DNA of 63,792 bases, counting the filler, from Choristocarpus tenellus KU-1152 (lineage: Eukaryota > Protista > Phaeophyceae), in the NCBI GenBank assembly GCA_964200185.2. It is 11 parts of 11 records of this genome, joined end to end, with 100 filler letters (N's around TTAATTAATTAA, not from the genome) between each part and the next. Parts side by side here need not be neighbours in the genome. Positions count along the whole stretch, not along the records: positions 52,003 to 55,621 come from CAXNAD020018926.1; positions 55,722 to 59,715 come from CAXNAD020016765.1; positions 59,816 to 63,792 come from CAXNAD020016828.1; 8 more parts are not named here. One strand, given 5' to 3'. A model generated the notes under the pieces. The model worked only from the letters and a program-made list of their open reading frames with translations. It searched no databases and had not been told where the DNA came from. Made by a program: the position numbers and the translations under genes. This document shows, one piece after another, positions 52,352-63,524 of this stretch. Numbering within the stretch: the stretch's first letter is position 1; each line of letters begins with the position of its first letter.

Positions 52352-53420
52352 CTGACATTATTACCAACACACACAACACACAACACACAACACACAACAC
52401 ACAACACACAACACACAACACACAACACACACAACGAACGCCGCAGACGGAGTCTCGTGCCAAGCGTTGCTTACAAATAGAGGAAGAAATAAAAATAAAA
52501 CAAAAATAAAAAGTGTTGTGAAGTATCCGTACAACTAACTAATACATACAGCCACACACGTGCCGGGAAAAGGAACAGGGATCTCATCCAGATCGGCACA
52601 AGGTACGATCTTACTCTACATATATCCACAGCACGAAAAAAGAGTTAGGGCTAGGGCTATAGGGTTAGGGTTTTTGGACTGGGGAATGCAAGGAGAGGAG
52701 GGACCGTGACGAAAAACACGAGGGAGGTCAAAATGCCTGCATAACACCTGCATAACACACAACTCAAACAAACATGGAGATATTCAATGGATCAATCAAT
52801 CACAATAAAAATAAAAATAAAACAAGGGAGAACCGAGGCACATCTCGTGGTGTGATTCGCAACAATAACGACCAAAAGACAGTTTCCACAAAAAAAAGAA
52901 AAGAGAAAATGAAAAAAATAACAGAACAGAACAGAACAGAACAGAACAAAACAAGGCCACACAGCGCTCCTGTCGCAAAATCCGTCCACAGTAATTACTT
53001 CTCAAATTCAAACCCCCATAACACTACCCCGGTACTGGTATCCAACTATCCACAGGAGGAGGAGGAGGAGGAGGAGGAGTTACATCTGCATCGCATGCAC
53101 ACAAAAATCAATCACGGACTGAACAAAGAACAAACCACAAACAACAATCAATCAAGGAGCAAAAAACGACACACAGTAGCCCATCCCCCCCCCCCTCTCT
53201 ACCCCCCCACCTCCCCATTTTTTCAAGAACCTTGCAGGTCCTGTACTCAACTGCAGCCCACCACCCACCCCCCAGAAAGCGCCCTGCTGCACCCAACCAC
53301 AAACCACTCCAACCATAAATAACCCTAACCCTAAGTCCCCTCGAATCTCTCCAACCCTAACCCTATAATGCACACAGCAGGTCCCATAAATAAGACCACC
53401 CCTAACACCCACCCACCCAC

Positions 53421-53609
53421 CTCTATGTCCTTGTTCGAGAGACAGAGTACAGGAAACACCACCTCAAAGAGCAAGAAGTCTAAGTGCGGCTTCAGCAACT
53501 TGTACGTATGAGACAACTCCATCGCGGAGGTCACAAAAGACAGGCAGGCGTGCACCACCCTGTCCGTACAGTACTCCCCCCGCGGTCGCAGGGCGAGGGT
53601 GTTCATCAC
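53421..53609 (-). CDS. IPO7: Importin-7/8-like exon
   Basis: ctcag|GTG...GAG|gtggg; 189 bp; YCTDRVVHACLSFV...TYKLLKPHLDFLLFEVVFPVLC. Confidence 0.9.
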
Positions 53610-54302
53610 CTGAGGAAGGCGGTTGATAGGCGAGAGCAAAAGTGGGTCGGTTGATCAGGGCTGTCATACATTTACCGAGGGAGTGTCTCACAAGCGCATG
53701 GTCCATGTGGGCAACACATAAGAAATGTTGAAATGTTGAGGGTGAAGGAGTGAGAGAGGCATCAATCACTACCCCATTCACCGGAGGCCTAGCACACTCA
53801 CAATACAATACTCTACCCCCATCCAGAGCGACATAACATGGATACTTCTGTCAGATCCTTGCCATGGCATTCGTACCTCTATGTGTCACAGTAGTACAAC
53901 ATTGATACAATCATACGACAATTCATTTTTTTTCAAGTATCGTCATCGGTATGACATCATATCACATCACATCATATCACATCACACCAAACACAGGTCA
54001 TCCAAGCAACACCCTCCAAAACATCCACATCAGGAGAGTCACCGCCCCCACTGCTCTCAGCGAGGGAGGTTTTCCAACACCTATCTTGCCCAAGGAATCA
54101 ATCAAATCTATCTTGCCAAGGAGTGGGGGACAATCGAGTAACCCAGAAAAGGTACAGTTACACTATGCCCAACCTAGTCTCAACAGTTACTCGCAGAGAG
54201 AGTATTCAATTCAAATCCATTCAATTCAAACAACCAGCCACCGGCTATTTTCCCTTCCCCTTCCCCTTCCCCTTCCCCTCAAAAAGTCCTCTCAGATCTT
54301 AC

Positions 54303-54425
54303 CTGCTCAAGGAGCATCGGTGCATACTGTTTGGAGAACACCTCTGCAAAGGGGGCCATGGATGGATCGGCATAGTGTGGGTTGCCATACCGAGTAAAAA
54401 ATCTACTTGTGATTTGACATGCCCA
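54303..54425 (-). CDS. IPO7: Importin-7/8-like exon
   Basis: cccag|TGG...CAG|gtaag; 123 bp; WACQITSRFFTRYGNP...FAEVFSKQYAPMLLEQ. Confidence 0.9.
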
Positions 54426-54460
54426 CTGGGGGGAGGGATGAAACGGGGGGAAATGGGGGG

Positions 54461-54496
54461 GGGTTAGGGTTAGGGTTAGGGTTAGGGTTAGGGTTA
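54461..54496. repeat. Interstitial telomere-like (TTAGGG)n tract
   Basis: Five to six tandem GGGTTA units in the importin intron. Confidence 0.9.
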
Positions 54497-55225
54497 CGGA
54501 AGACTGGTCAGAATACAGTACAGTCAACATGTGAATGAGGTGAGAAAGGAGAAACTTCGGGGGGTAACACAAAAGAGGAGCAATAGTAGGAAGGTCTTTA
54601 GGTACATGGGTTACCCTAAAACACTAACTATATTGGCCATCAAAGGAACTATATCTAGATCATAGGAGTGTTGGCTAGGGATGGAAATGATACAACCCCA
54701 AAAATGTGGCAGGCTCCAGACAACTTCCTCCAAAGAAATTCTAGATTGCATGCTGACTCAGTTCAGAGGGGTCGTCTGATGGGTATGATGGTAATCACTA
54801 TAATATTAATATAATATCAATATAATATTAACAGTGCTACCCAGAATCAACATAGCATTGAAGGACCTTTCACAGGCATACAGCATCACCAACTAAATGC
54901 CAACTAAATGTACTTACCTAGGTTGAACCCCTGCAACAAATAGCATTCACCATGTATTCCTCCTTACTCTCCACTCACACCACCTCTTCTCGTAGATACA
55001 CACACACAACACACAACACACAACACACACATAACACACATAACACACATAACAAAAAGAGATAAGAAAACACACCGCCTACTCTAACAGATACACACAC
55101 ACACAACACACACACAACAAAAGAGACCAGAAAAAGAAAAAGAAAAACACACGAGGAACATCGCCCAACCACCCCAAGACAAAAAAAAAAGTATCCCCAC
55201 TAAGAGGGGGTCCAATAACACATAC

Positions 55226-55366
55226 CTTCTTTGCCTTCCACCACGGCCAAAGTTCTCGATCCTCCTCTGAGGCTGGCTGCCCCACCAAGGGCTTGGCAAT
55301 CACCGCCTGGCATATCCCCATCCAGGATTGTACATCCAGTGCATCCTCATCCGGGCCTGCCGGAAG
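55226..55366 (-). CDS. IPO7: Importin-7/8-like exon
   Basis: gacag|CTT...AAG|gtatg; 141 bp; ...EEDRELWPWWKAKK joins the next exon to give the IPO7/8 WWK.KKW motif. Confidence 0.9.
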
Positions 55367-55721
55367 CTGTCCATTTTTTTATTTTTAGAAATAATTAGAA
55401 ATAATTAGAAATGTGCACACCACACACAATAGACATTGTTCAACAAAGATTTTGAATATGATCTAATTTTTTTAAATGAACTTTCTTTTTTCTTTTCCTT
55501 CACATTTCTAATTATTTTCCTCATTATTTTGAACTTTCGAACCGGGCGGTTTGTAGTGGGGGGGGGGGGGGGAGGGGGGGGGTTTTTTTTCATTTATCAC
55601 ATATTAAAACATGTCATGTTTNNNNNNNNNNNNNNNNNNNNNNNNNNNNNNNNNNNNNNNNNNNNTTAATTAATTAANNNNNNNNNNNNNNNNNNNNNNN
55701 NNNNNNNNNNNNNNNNNNNNN

Positions 55722-55975
55722 CAAATTATCTTAGAGGGTAGAGCCGCGTCCATTTGGGGGCCAAAACCCAATGTTGCCATTTCGAAGTAATTTTGGCTAT
55801 CGTGTTTGTTAGGAAGTGTCGATATCCTTCCTCCGGACACACCGTTTCATAACGTATAAATTTTACCTACTCCGAAACATTTTGGAGTAGGAAAATGTCA
55901 TAAGAACCCCGAGGGAAGCCAAGCCCCAAATGGACAATCGGGGCAAAACTTGTACCCTCTAAGACACTTTCACTC
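55722..55975 (-). mobile_element. MITE family B at contig start
   Basis: Reverse-orientation match ending TACCCTCTAAGACACTTTCACTC. Confidence 0.88.
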
Positions 55976-56119
55976 TTTGCTCTTTCTCGGGATCCTCAAA
56001 ACCCAACGCTCACACACTTTTCTTGGTAGATGAACTACTGGTTCCATGATTGTGACTAGGATGGGTAGAAATTAACGTACTAAAAAATGATCATACCTAG
56101 GACAGATCGAAGTTCTTTT

Positions 56120-56298
56120 GGCTCAAAGTATCTGGGGGGGCGGGCGGCTGTCCATTTGGGGTCAATCTTTTGATGTCGTGATTTTTGTGTAATTTGGTTG
56201 CATATGTTAGATGGATAATGTAATTGCACGTTTCCTGGTTATGGCCCAAATGGACACCCTGATGTAGACCCCCCACACACACACAGATACTTTGGGTC
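56120..56298 (+). mobile_element. MITE family A, complete
   Basis: GGCTCAAAGTATCTGGGG...CAGATACTTTGGGTC; flanks TTTT/TTTA. Confidence 0.88.
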
Positions 56299-56309
56299 TT
56301 TATAGTGGT

Positions 56310-57060
56310 GGGTTAGTTAGGTAAATTCAGTGATGGCACCAACCCGATCTTTACCAATAAGGATCCCCTTCGGATGACAAAATGTACTACTCCAATAATA
56401 ACGGACTTCTCTAGGCACAACTAAAACCTTCGACGGTTTCAGGGTTAAACCTGCTGTCTGTAAAGCTTCGACTTATTGGCCTAGTAAGCGCTAAAGTCCT
56501 TCCCGCATGGGAGAACAAGGAATTAAATCATTCGTGTAAACCATCAAACCAATCACTGGACCAAAGTGGGCAAAAAGGCTAACCACATGATTCTTTGCAA
56601 TTGACAAGGAGCATTTGATATCCCAGACGACATCTTCTCAAGAACATATTTGCCTCTGGAAGTGACAAAGAGCAAAAATAACTTAGAGGGTACGAGTTTG
56701 GCCCTGTTTGTCCATTTGGGGCTTGGCTTCCCATGGGTTATTTTATGACATTTTCCTACTCCAAATTGTTTAGGAGTAGGTAAAGTGTATAACTTATGAA
56801 CGGGTGTGTCCGGAGCATGGATATTGGCACTTCCTAACAAACTCAATAGTCAAAATTGCGTCAAAATCGAAACATTGGATATTGGCCCCCAAATGGACGC
56901 GGCTCTGAACTCTAAGATACTTTGGCTCAAAAGCAATCTTATCAATATCAAATTCAGCAACTGGAATTTGCCAATACATATTCTGAGTCAAACCATCCGA
57001 GAGGTTGATAGGTTTTGACCATCTTGCTTTTTAAGCCACTTCTAATTTAGTGTGCAGTTT
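56310..57060 (-). mobile_element. Ty3/Gypsy RT remnant split by a MITE B
   Basis: YWQIPVAEFDIDKIAF|VTSRGKYVLEKMSSGISNAPCQLQRIM; later ILSSEGILIGKDRVGAI. Confidence 0.85.
56670..56928 (+). mobile_element. MITE family B inserted in the Gypsy RT
   Basis: Family B internal match; AAA duplicated at the flanks. Confidence 0.9.
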
Positions 57061-57329
57061 ACATCATGTCTTTCTTTGACATCTAGAGTCGAGGGTGAGG
57101 GTTACAAGTAGGAGAATTATCTCTTTCGACCTGTGGAAAGCCCTGCTCTCTTCTGAGGTGCTCCATCCAAAAAAGGCGTATATAGTTGTTGTGGAAAATA
57201 ACTATAATAAAGATCAAATTACAGGATTTTGTTACAATATTTCAGAGGTACACAAACACACACTTACGATTATCCTTTGTTCAAATCCTTCTGAATCGCA
57301 ATTAAAATTCTATGTAGCTGTGCCTGAAA

Positions 57330-58050
57330 TCATTCTGTACTCGGGTGTAAGGCACTTACTTCACACAATATTGAGGTAAACTTGCACAACGACACAGGTG
57401 ACAATACTATACATACCCAAATATATATACACAAATGACCACACCTTTTTACACAACCTTCAAATACACGGAATTCGACGTACGTATGCATACAATAAAT
57501 ATTAATTTCACAGACAGCTCTAAATTTGACACCATCCATGGTATCAAAATGTGATTCCATCCATACCATGCAGGCATAATAGGACAAATCCTTATCCAGC
57601 AAGATTTTAGAGCCATCATGTAGCAGACAACACCACAGAAAAGCGGAGAGCAATCAGGATTGGCTACAATGATGGTAAAAGGACTACCCAAAAGACTGGC
57701 ACATTTCTCTATGATGATACACTCTTCCATAGAGTTAACACACGAGTCAATCATAACTCGTAAGTACGGGGGGTTGACCTGAAATGGTTCCTATCCTACC
57801 TATCAACAGACTTTGTATCAGGCTCTATGGGAAATCTCCGCCCAATCGGGTTCATTTACCCACCACTTCTTCTGTTGGATTCAGCGGGACTAACTATAAT
57901 CTATAAAGAGCCCATAGGTCTAGAAGTCAAGGTACCTGTGACCAATCGAACTTACGTGTTTGCCATACTCAAAGGTTGACGTAATTCCTTTGCGGTTTCA
58001 CTGAACGAGGCGTGTTAGAGCAATATTAATGTAATGAGAATTTTGGGTGA
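57330..58050 (-). mobile_element. Degenerate LINE RT remnant (tentative)
   Basis: Minus-strand fragments RKGITSTFEYGKH, LLHDGSK, HFDTMDGVK in RT order. Confidence 0.4.
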
Positions 58051-58795
58051 AGTAGCCACCCAATACTTCATGATTCAAACTCTGGACATGCTAGGACTTG
58101 CAAACATAACCATTATCCGATGTCTTAGTAATTACCGAGTACTGCGAGTGCAAGCAACGAATATGTTCTGCATATTAGCTGTGGGTCAATGAGCTCCTCT
58201 ACCTTAGCAAAAAATTAATGGCTGATTCCACTGGGGTGCAAGGCAAAAATAATTGCGCGCATTTATCAGACATCAATGTCTACCACTTGTCGCGGACTTG
58301 TGTTGCTATCCTCGTTTGGATTCTAGCTGGATCCACGATAAAAATGAAAAAACATTCGCCATCATTGCTTGTACCAAACAATCAGTGCATGACACAAAAA
58401 TCAATCCATTCAATAAAAACATTGCTCATTGTGATCACACTTGAAGTCACAAAAGAGGTTTACCCCCAAAAACGTTGAATAATAGGAAGGCAACGTAACC
58501 CACCAGTTGTGCAATACACCACCAAGAGGCGATGTAGTATGTGCCATGTACGTACAGAATGAGGAATGCAAACACCAGAATTACTGAACTATATCAGCGT
58601 TCAAGTAAAATGTGCATTCAATGTGGATTGCTGCAGAATGTTGACCAGAAAGATATTTGTTTCCATGCTCATTATATTATCCAATACAACGAGTTGAAAA
58701 GTAAACCTAAAGCAGTACAAAACCTAACTCAAAACACCATCTCTAAATCCGGTGCTACAAGTGAGATTACCAAACATCTATAGTAGTAAGACAAT

Positions 58796-59390
58796 CTAGT
58801 TGAAAGAGTATGATGCGCCCACAAGGTCATTGATGATATAAGGCTGGTTGGAGAGCTCCTCGTGAACCATCATGGCCAGGATACCCATCTGAGCGGCACG
58901 CCCGTTGTTAAGCTCGATTGCGCGCTTGGAGGCCTGGGTCTCCTCAGACATGGCATCCCAAGAAGATGCGAAGGGGTTTCCACCGATGGTGAAGTCACCG
59001 GGGAAGGAGCCCTCCACGTTCTTCATCACAGCCAACTCAAGGAAACCGACGAATGCCACGATCTGGGCGAGACCCAGGGGAGGGATCTTGGAGAGGGCGG
59101 CCACACCGTTGGGCATGTCGGCGAAGGACAGGTTGGCGGAGTTGGAGAGCATGCCGGGAAGGCGGGTGTTCTGGGCGACCAGGTGGCCAGCCACCGCGAG
59201 CATAGAGATACGCCCGTGCTTGATCTCCACATACCGGAGGCGCTCGAAGCGCTCCTGGTCAGCGTCGGCCAGAAGACCAAGAGGGTCGAAGAACCCAAGG
59301 GGGGGCTGTGCGCCGATCTCAGACTCGAAGGACATCTTCATGGCGGTGGAGGGCTTTGTGGTGGCGGCCAGGGAGGCACCGTTGAAGGCG
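58796..59390 (-). CDS. lhcf: Fucoxanthin-chlorophyll a/c binding protein, exon 2 (signal-peptide exon lies outside the contig)
   Basis: ttcag|C GCC TTC acceptor; MSFESEIGAQPPLGFFDPLG, RLRYVEIKHGRISMLA, AIELNNGRAAQMG; strong GC3 bias; TAG stop. Confidence 0.97.
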
Positions 59391-59919
59391 CTGAAGTGGT
59401 GGGGTGGGATACAGGAGAAACATAACGGAGGAGTTAGTTCGACGAACATTCAACCCTTCGGAACAAGTGTTAGGTGACAATAGCCCACATCCACGACTGG
59501 AAGAATATCGGTTGGAACCGACGCTTCAAACGCGAAACGAGGCAAGGATTCGTAGAACAAAAGAGACCAGCAGACGTCACGTCCTTTGAAGGAAGATAGT
59601 GAAACTCAAGGATTGCCTCTGAACACAATCCGTCACGTCGATGATGCTATCAAGGTATTCAGAGGACACAATAGAGACATGCAACCAACTATACCATGCG
59701 AAGAAAAGTTCAAGANNNNNNNNNNNNNNNNNNNNNNNNNNNNNNNNNNNNNNNNNNNNTTAATTAATTAANNNNNNNNNNNNNNNNNNNNNNNNNNNNN
59801 NNNNNNNNNNNNNNNGGAACCTCACTCGGTACCACGGTATAACGGTATATGGCATACGAGCAATACGGTATAATAACAGACAAACATGCTTTCCACACTA
59901 TATATGTATTTATTATTAT

Positions 59920-60211
59920 TATACCCTCTGACAATTTGCAGGTTTGTCAGGGGGAAACCAAATATACACACTAAACTGCAACTAGTAGATGCCACTTCAC
60001 TTTTAATGAGCAAACACACGTGGTGCACCTATAGTCAGTCGTCATGAGCAATAGATGGGTACACAGCGAACAGCAGACCGTGGAGCCCTGGAGAAATCAC
60101 AGCTGAGTCTCCAGATTACAACAGAAGTAGAACTAGAAGCATGGGGCAACGTGTATATATAGTTTTCATTGGTTTCCCCCCTGACACATCTACAAAATGT
60201 CAGAGGGCATA
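59920..60211. mobile_element. MITE family C, complete (about 290 bp)
   Basis: TATACCCTCTGACAATTTGCAGGTTTGTCAGGGGGAAACC / GGTTTCCCCCCTGACACATCTACAAAATGTCAGAGGGCATA. Confidence 0.8.
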
Positions 60212-60408
60212 ACAATATATATTATATATATATAAAGTATTTACCCTAACCCTATCTATAGTACATTGTATGTAGAACGACTAGTAGTCTACGTTATATA
60301 CTGTGGTCAACTAGGTTCAACACCTACGAAAGTAAACGCCCCGCTCAAGTGATATAGAACACCCCTCTCAACTCTTGTACAACATCTTCCAACTTGCCTG
60401 GCGAGGAC

Positions 60409-61350
60409 ATGAGACGGGCCGTACCGTTCATCGCCCTCCTTGCCCACTGTGGCTTGACCCAGGGCTATCGCATTCCACCTTCAATACTGGCATCAAGTAA
60501 TCGGAAAGGTCTTTTGCGACGATGGTCACGAATCAAGGAGTCACGGAAGAAAGATCTGCGTCCAAGGGGGTTGATCGAAGGGGAGGAGAAAAAGGAAAGC
60601 AAAGATTCCAGCAATATGGACGGTATTTGGGCATCCATACTTGCTGGCCCTGGTCTTTTTCCACGATTTTCGCCATCCTCCAATCCCCTGGTTGATATAG
60701 GTGTGTCATCATTTCCCACTGCCCTTGCAACAGTGGCCACCGTGTGGTGGGTGTGGCAATCGTTCGTGGTCAACTCTCTAGATTTCCAGGCTCGTGTTGC
60801 CTCGGCAGGTATTCGTTCTAATCTTGTCCAGGAGGGAAAGATAGAGGAGGGAGGCACTTTCTTTGTCGGCGGTAGAGCCCCGTTGGTGGACCCTACAGCA
60901 CTTAGGGCAGATGTCGGTTCAAGTTACAACCCTTCGTTGATCGTCTACGGGGACAGGGGGGCAGGGAAGACCGTGCGCTTGCGTATGGCACTTCAGGGTG
61001 AGTCTTGTGTGGTGTACACAAAGTTGGGCCCTTCGGACCTCGATAATGCCCCAAGAGCACTTGCACGGGCGATCGTGGAGTCGTCAGGGGCGAGTGTGCC
61101 TCAAGGATCAACTGCGGTGAAGGTGGCGGAGGCCGCCCTTCGTCGTGTGAGAAAAGCTGGAATTCCCCCAATTGTGGTCCTGGACCTAGACGAGCGGTGC
61201 ACTACTGGCCAGTTGCAGAATGTTCTCCTTGCCTGCAAACACTGGGGTGACGAGGAGAAACTGGCAAAGTTTGTTGTGGAGGTCCAAAGCAGTCAACCCG
61301 TTATGGGATTGTCTGCTTTCATGGGGGACATGCGCGCAGAAGGAGTAAAG
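60409..61350 (+). CDS. P-loop NTPase with signal peptide and one TM segment, exon 1
   Basis: MRRAVPFIALLAHCGLTQG-Y; TM TALATVATVWWVWQSFVV; Walker A LIVYGDRGAGKT; Walker B IVVLDLDE; donor AAG|gtgcg. Confidence 0.8.
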
Positions 61351-62240
61351 GTGCGAGTGTGGGAGAAGAATGCTGACTCTCTTTTTTGTAGATTCAGTCA
61401 GTAATTGCGCTTTGGTGATGTTCGGTCAAAGTTCTTTCATGCCGCTTTGAGGGAAAAAATTAAATGGCTTGCATGATACTCTTGTCCAACATGCTATTAT
61501 CTCGAAAGTTTGCTCACTTTTGTTGTTAGAGTGGCTTGAGTAGCAGCATCGTTCGCTTAGCACAAGTTTCTCAACAGTTCTGCTCTATGTAAATGCTCTG
61601 CCCAGCTATTTTAACAAAAGCCCCAGTGGTCAGGGAGCAATGCCTGAGTACAACATGATTTTTTTTGTGAGATGAAATTACCCTTAGTCATTACCTGAGT
61701 ACAGCCTTTTTCAAGGTCATTCAATCTAAACTTGACTCTCAACTGAAATCTTGAGTTATTTTCCAGTTGTCTCACTCTGTTATTGGGATTTGAAGGCCTA
61801 ATTTATTTGACTTGACTGCTTATACATAATTTGAGATCATATAAAAGTTGAACACAATTTCATATTTCATGCTGCAAATAATACTTTTAGGCACCTCGAC
61901 ACGAACGCTACTCTATGACCCTTGCTTTACATTAGCAACAACCACAGAAATTGTAGGGTTTCTTTTTGAGGATTTATTGCTGTAAGTAGATAGGAAACTG
62001 CTCTCAAATTACCAACTGTAAACTTAAAAAAATTGGGGTATACACTATTGTAGGTGCATATACCCAATTGTGTTCCGTTTTTGCTTTGGTGCTTTTCCTT
62101 GCTCATATTGTTGTTGACCTTGACACTTAACTTGGGACAGTCCATTCTTTGAAAGCTTTTGTTACAAGGCAAGGTTGTAACTATGAAGGAGCATTAATGG
62201 CATCTGTTAGGCCTTGTGTTTTCATGTAAGACTGTGGCGG

Positions 62241-62320
62241 TCGAATATATCCTGAAACAGCATTTGTTGAATATATCCTGAAGCAGCATTCGTCGAATAT
62301 ATCCTGAAACACCATTTGTG
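62241..62320. repeat. 26-bp tandem repeat, 3 copies
   Basis: GAATATATCCTGAAACAGCATTTGT-like unit three times. Confidence 0.85.
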
Positions 62321-63524
62321 GCGGTCGTCTCCTCCCTGTCGTTCACAAATGTTTCGTGTTGCATGAATCCTCCATCTCAGTAGGTCTCATTGCAACTATC
62401 GAATGCTTGAATGCAGCATCAAAAGTATTTGGGGGTGCTAGGATGCATTAAAAAAAAGTAAATAGTCATGTTAGAAAAACCCTACACTAGGTCTTCTCAT
62501 TGTACACCGTGCAGTAAGTGCTGCATGTGCTATTTTTACTCAATTTTTTTGTTTGTTCAGTGCCTCCATTTCTCCTGATTTGATGGGGGGTGTTTTGGCA
62601 TGTCCTTTCATTTCAGTAGATTGGGAGATTAATCCCAAGTAGTTTTGTTGCACATTGTTGTTTTGAAGAGCTTAGCCTGTACTGGCTTACAGGTGTCCTA
62701 TCCAAAGCTCCAGAGCTCTGATGACTACTACTTTAGTGACCGTCAGAGCTCCAGGGCCTTGGGTTTCTTGGGTCTTGGATTTTCCTCACCGGATCCCATT
62801 CCACTGGTGGAATGAAAAGTCCTTGATCTTGTTTTGTGATGCATGTGATCTTGAGAGATCAACATACTTAAAAAAAAAAATTCGCGTGGCTTAAGTTTAA
62901 CCTTTTTTCCACTTAACCGTATTTTGAAATGCAGCTCAACACATAAGAAAATGTCGTCGCTGCTTTTGTTTCTTTGTGGAAATCAATCGGTTGAGGATGC
63001 CTGCGACATGTTCTTCCCTTGTCCCCCCCCCTTCCCCTCCCAACTATTGCCTACTAACCGGCTAGCACTTACTTGCAGCAATTTATAACATGTTCATCGT
63101 TATCTTTATTGTGAAGAAAGGAGCCCTGTGGAGCCCTATGTCTCATTTCCCAAGTCAATGGTATTATTCTGTGGAACCTTAAAAAAAAACAAAACATATA
63201 TATTCCGTTGGTTGCAATGAAGTTTCAAGGTTGTTTGAACGGAAAAAACACTTGGTTGCTGTAACATCTTCAAGTATTCAGCCACGCTACTGAGGCTAAT
63301 AAGTATCTCTAGCTTTTGTGTGCGCAGGTCCCTGTCCCTGTCCCACCTGTGCTGATGTGGCGCACTGGTTTTCTTCTCCGTCTCTGTATCTATTTTTGAA
63401 GTCATGCTCTGTTTCTCACTCAGTTGAAACGTCTGCATGTTTGAGGCTTCCCACCCCCCCCCTAGTGCCTTCAAGTTATATCTGGAGTAGTTTCAACTTT
63501 CAAGAATTATGCCTTAGTCTTGTT

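Noticed and set aside
52774-53322. 182-aa plus-strand ORF
   Set aside because: Low-complexity microsatellite-rich intron on the antisense strand of importin.
59391-59449. N-terminus MFVELTPPLCF... of the lhcf ORF
   Set aside because: Intron sequence (pyrimidine tract ending CAG); the true first exon is outside the contig.
58862-59477. 187-aa and 190-aa plus-strand ORFs
   Set aside because: Antisense shadows of the GC3-rich lhcf exon.
62693-62815. Candidate second exon of the NTPase (VSYPKLQSS...)
   Set aside because: In phase after a CAG, but the peptide shows no ATPase-like continuation; unsupported without RNA data.
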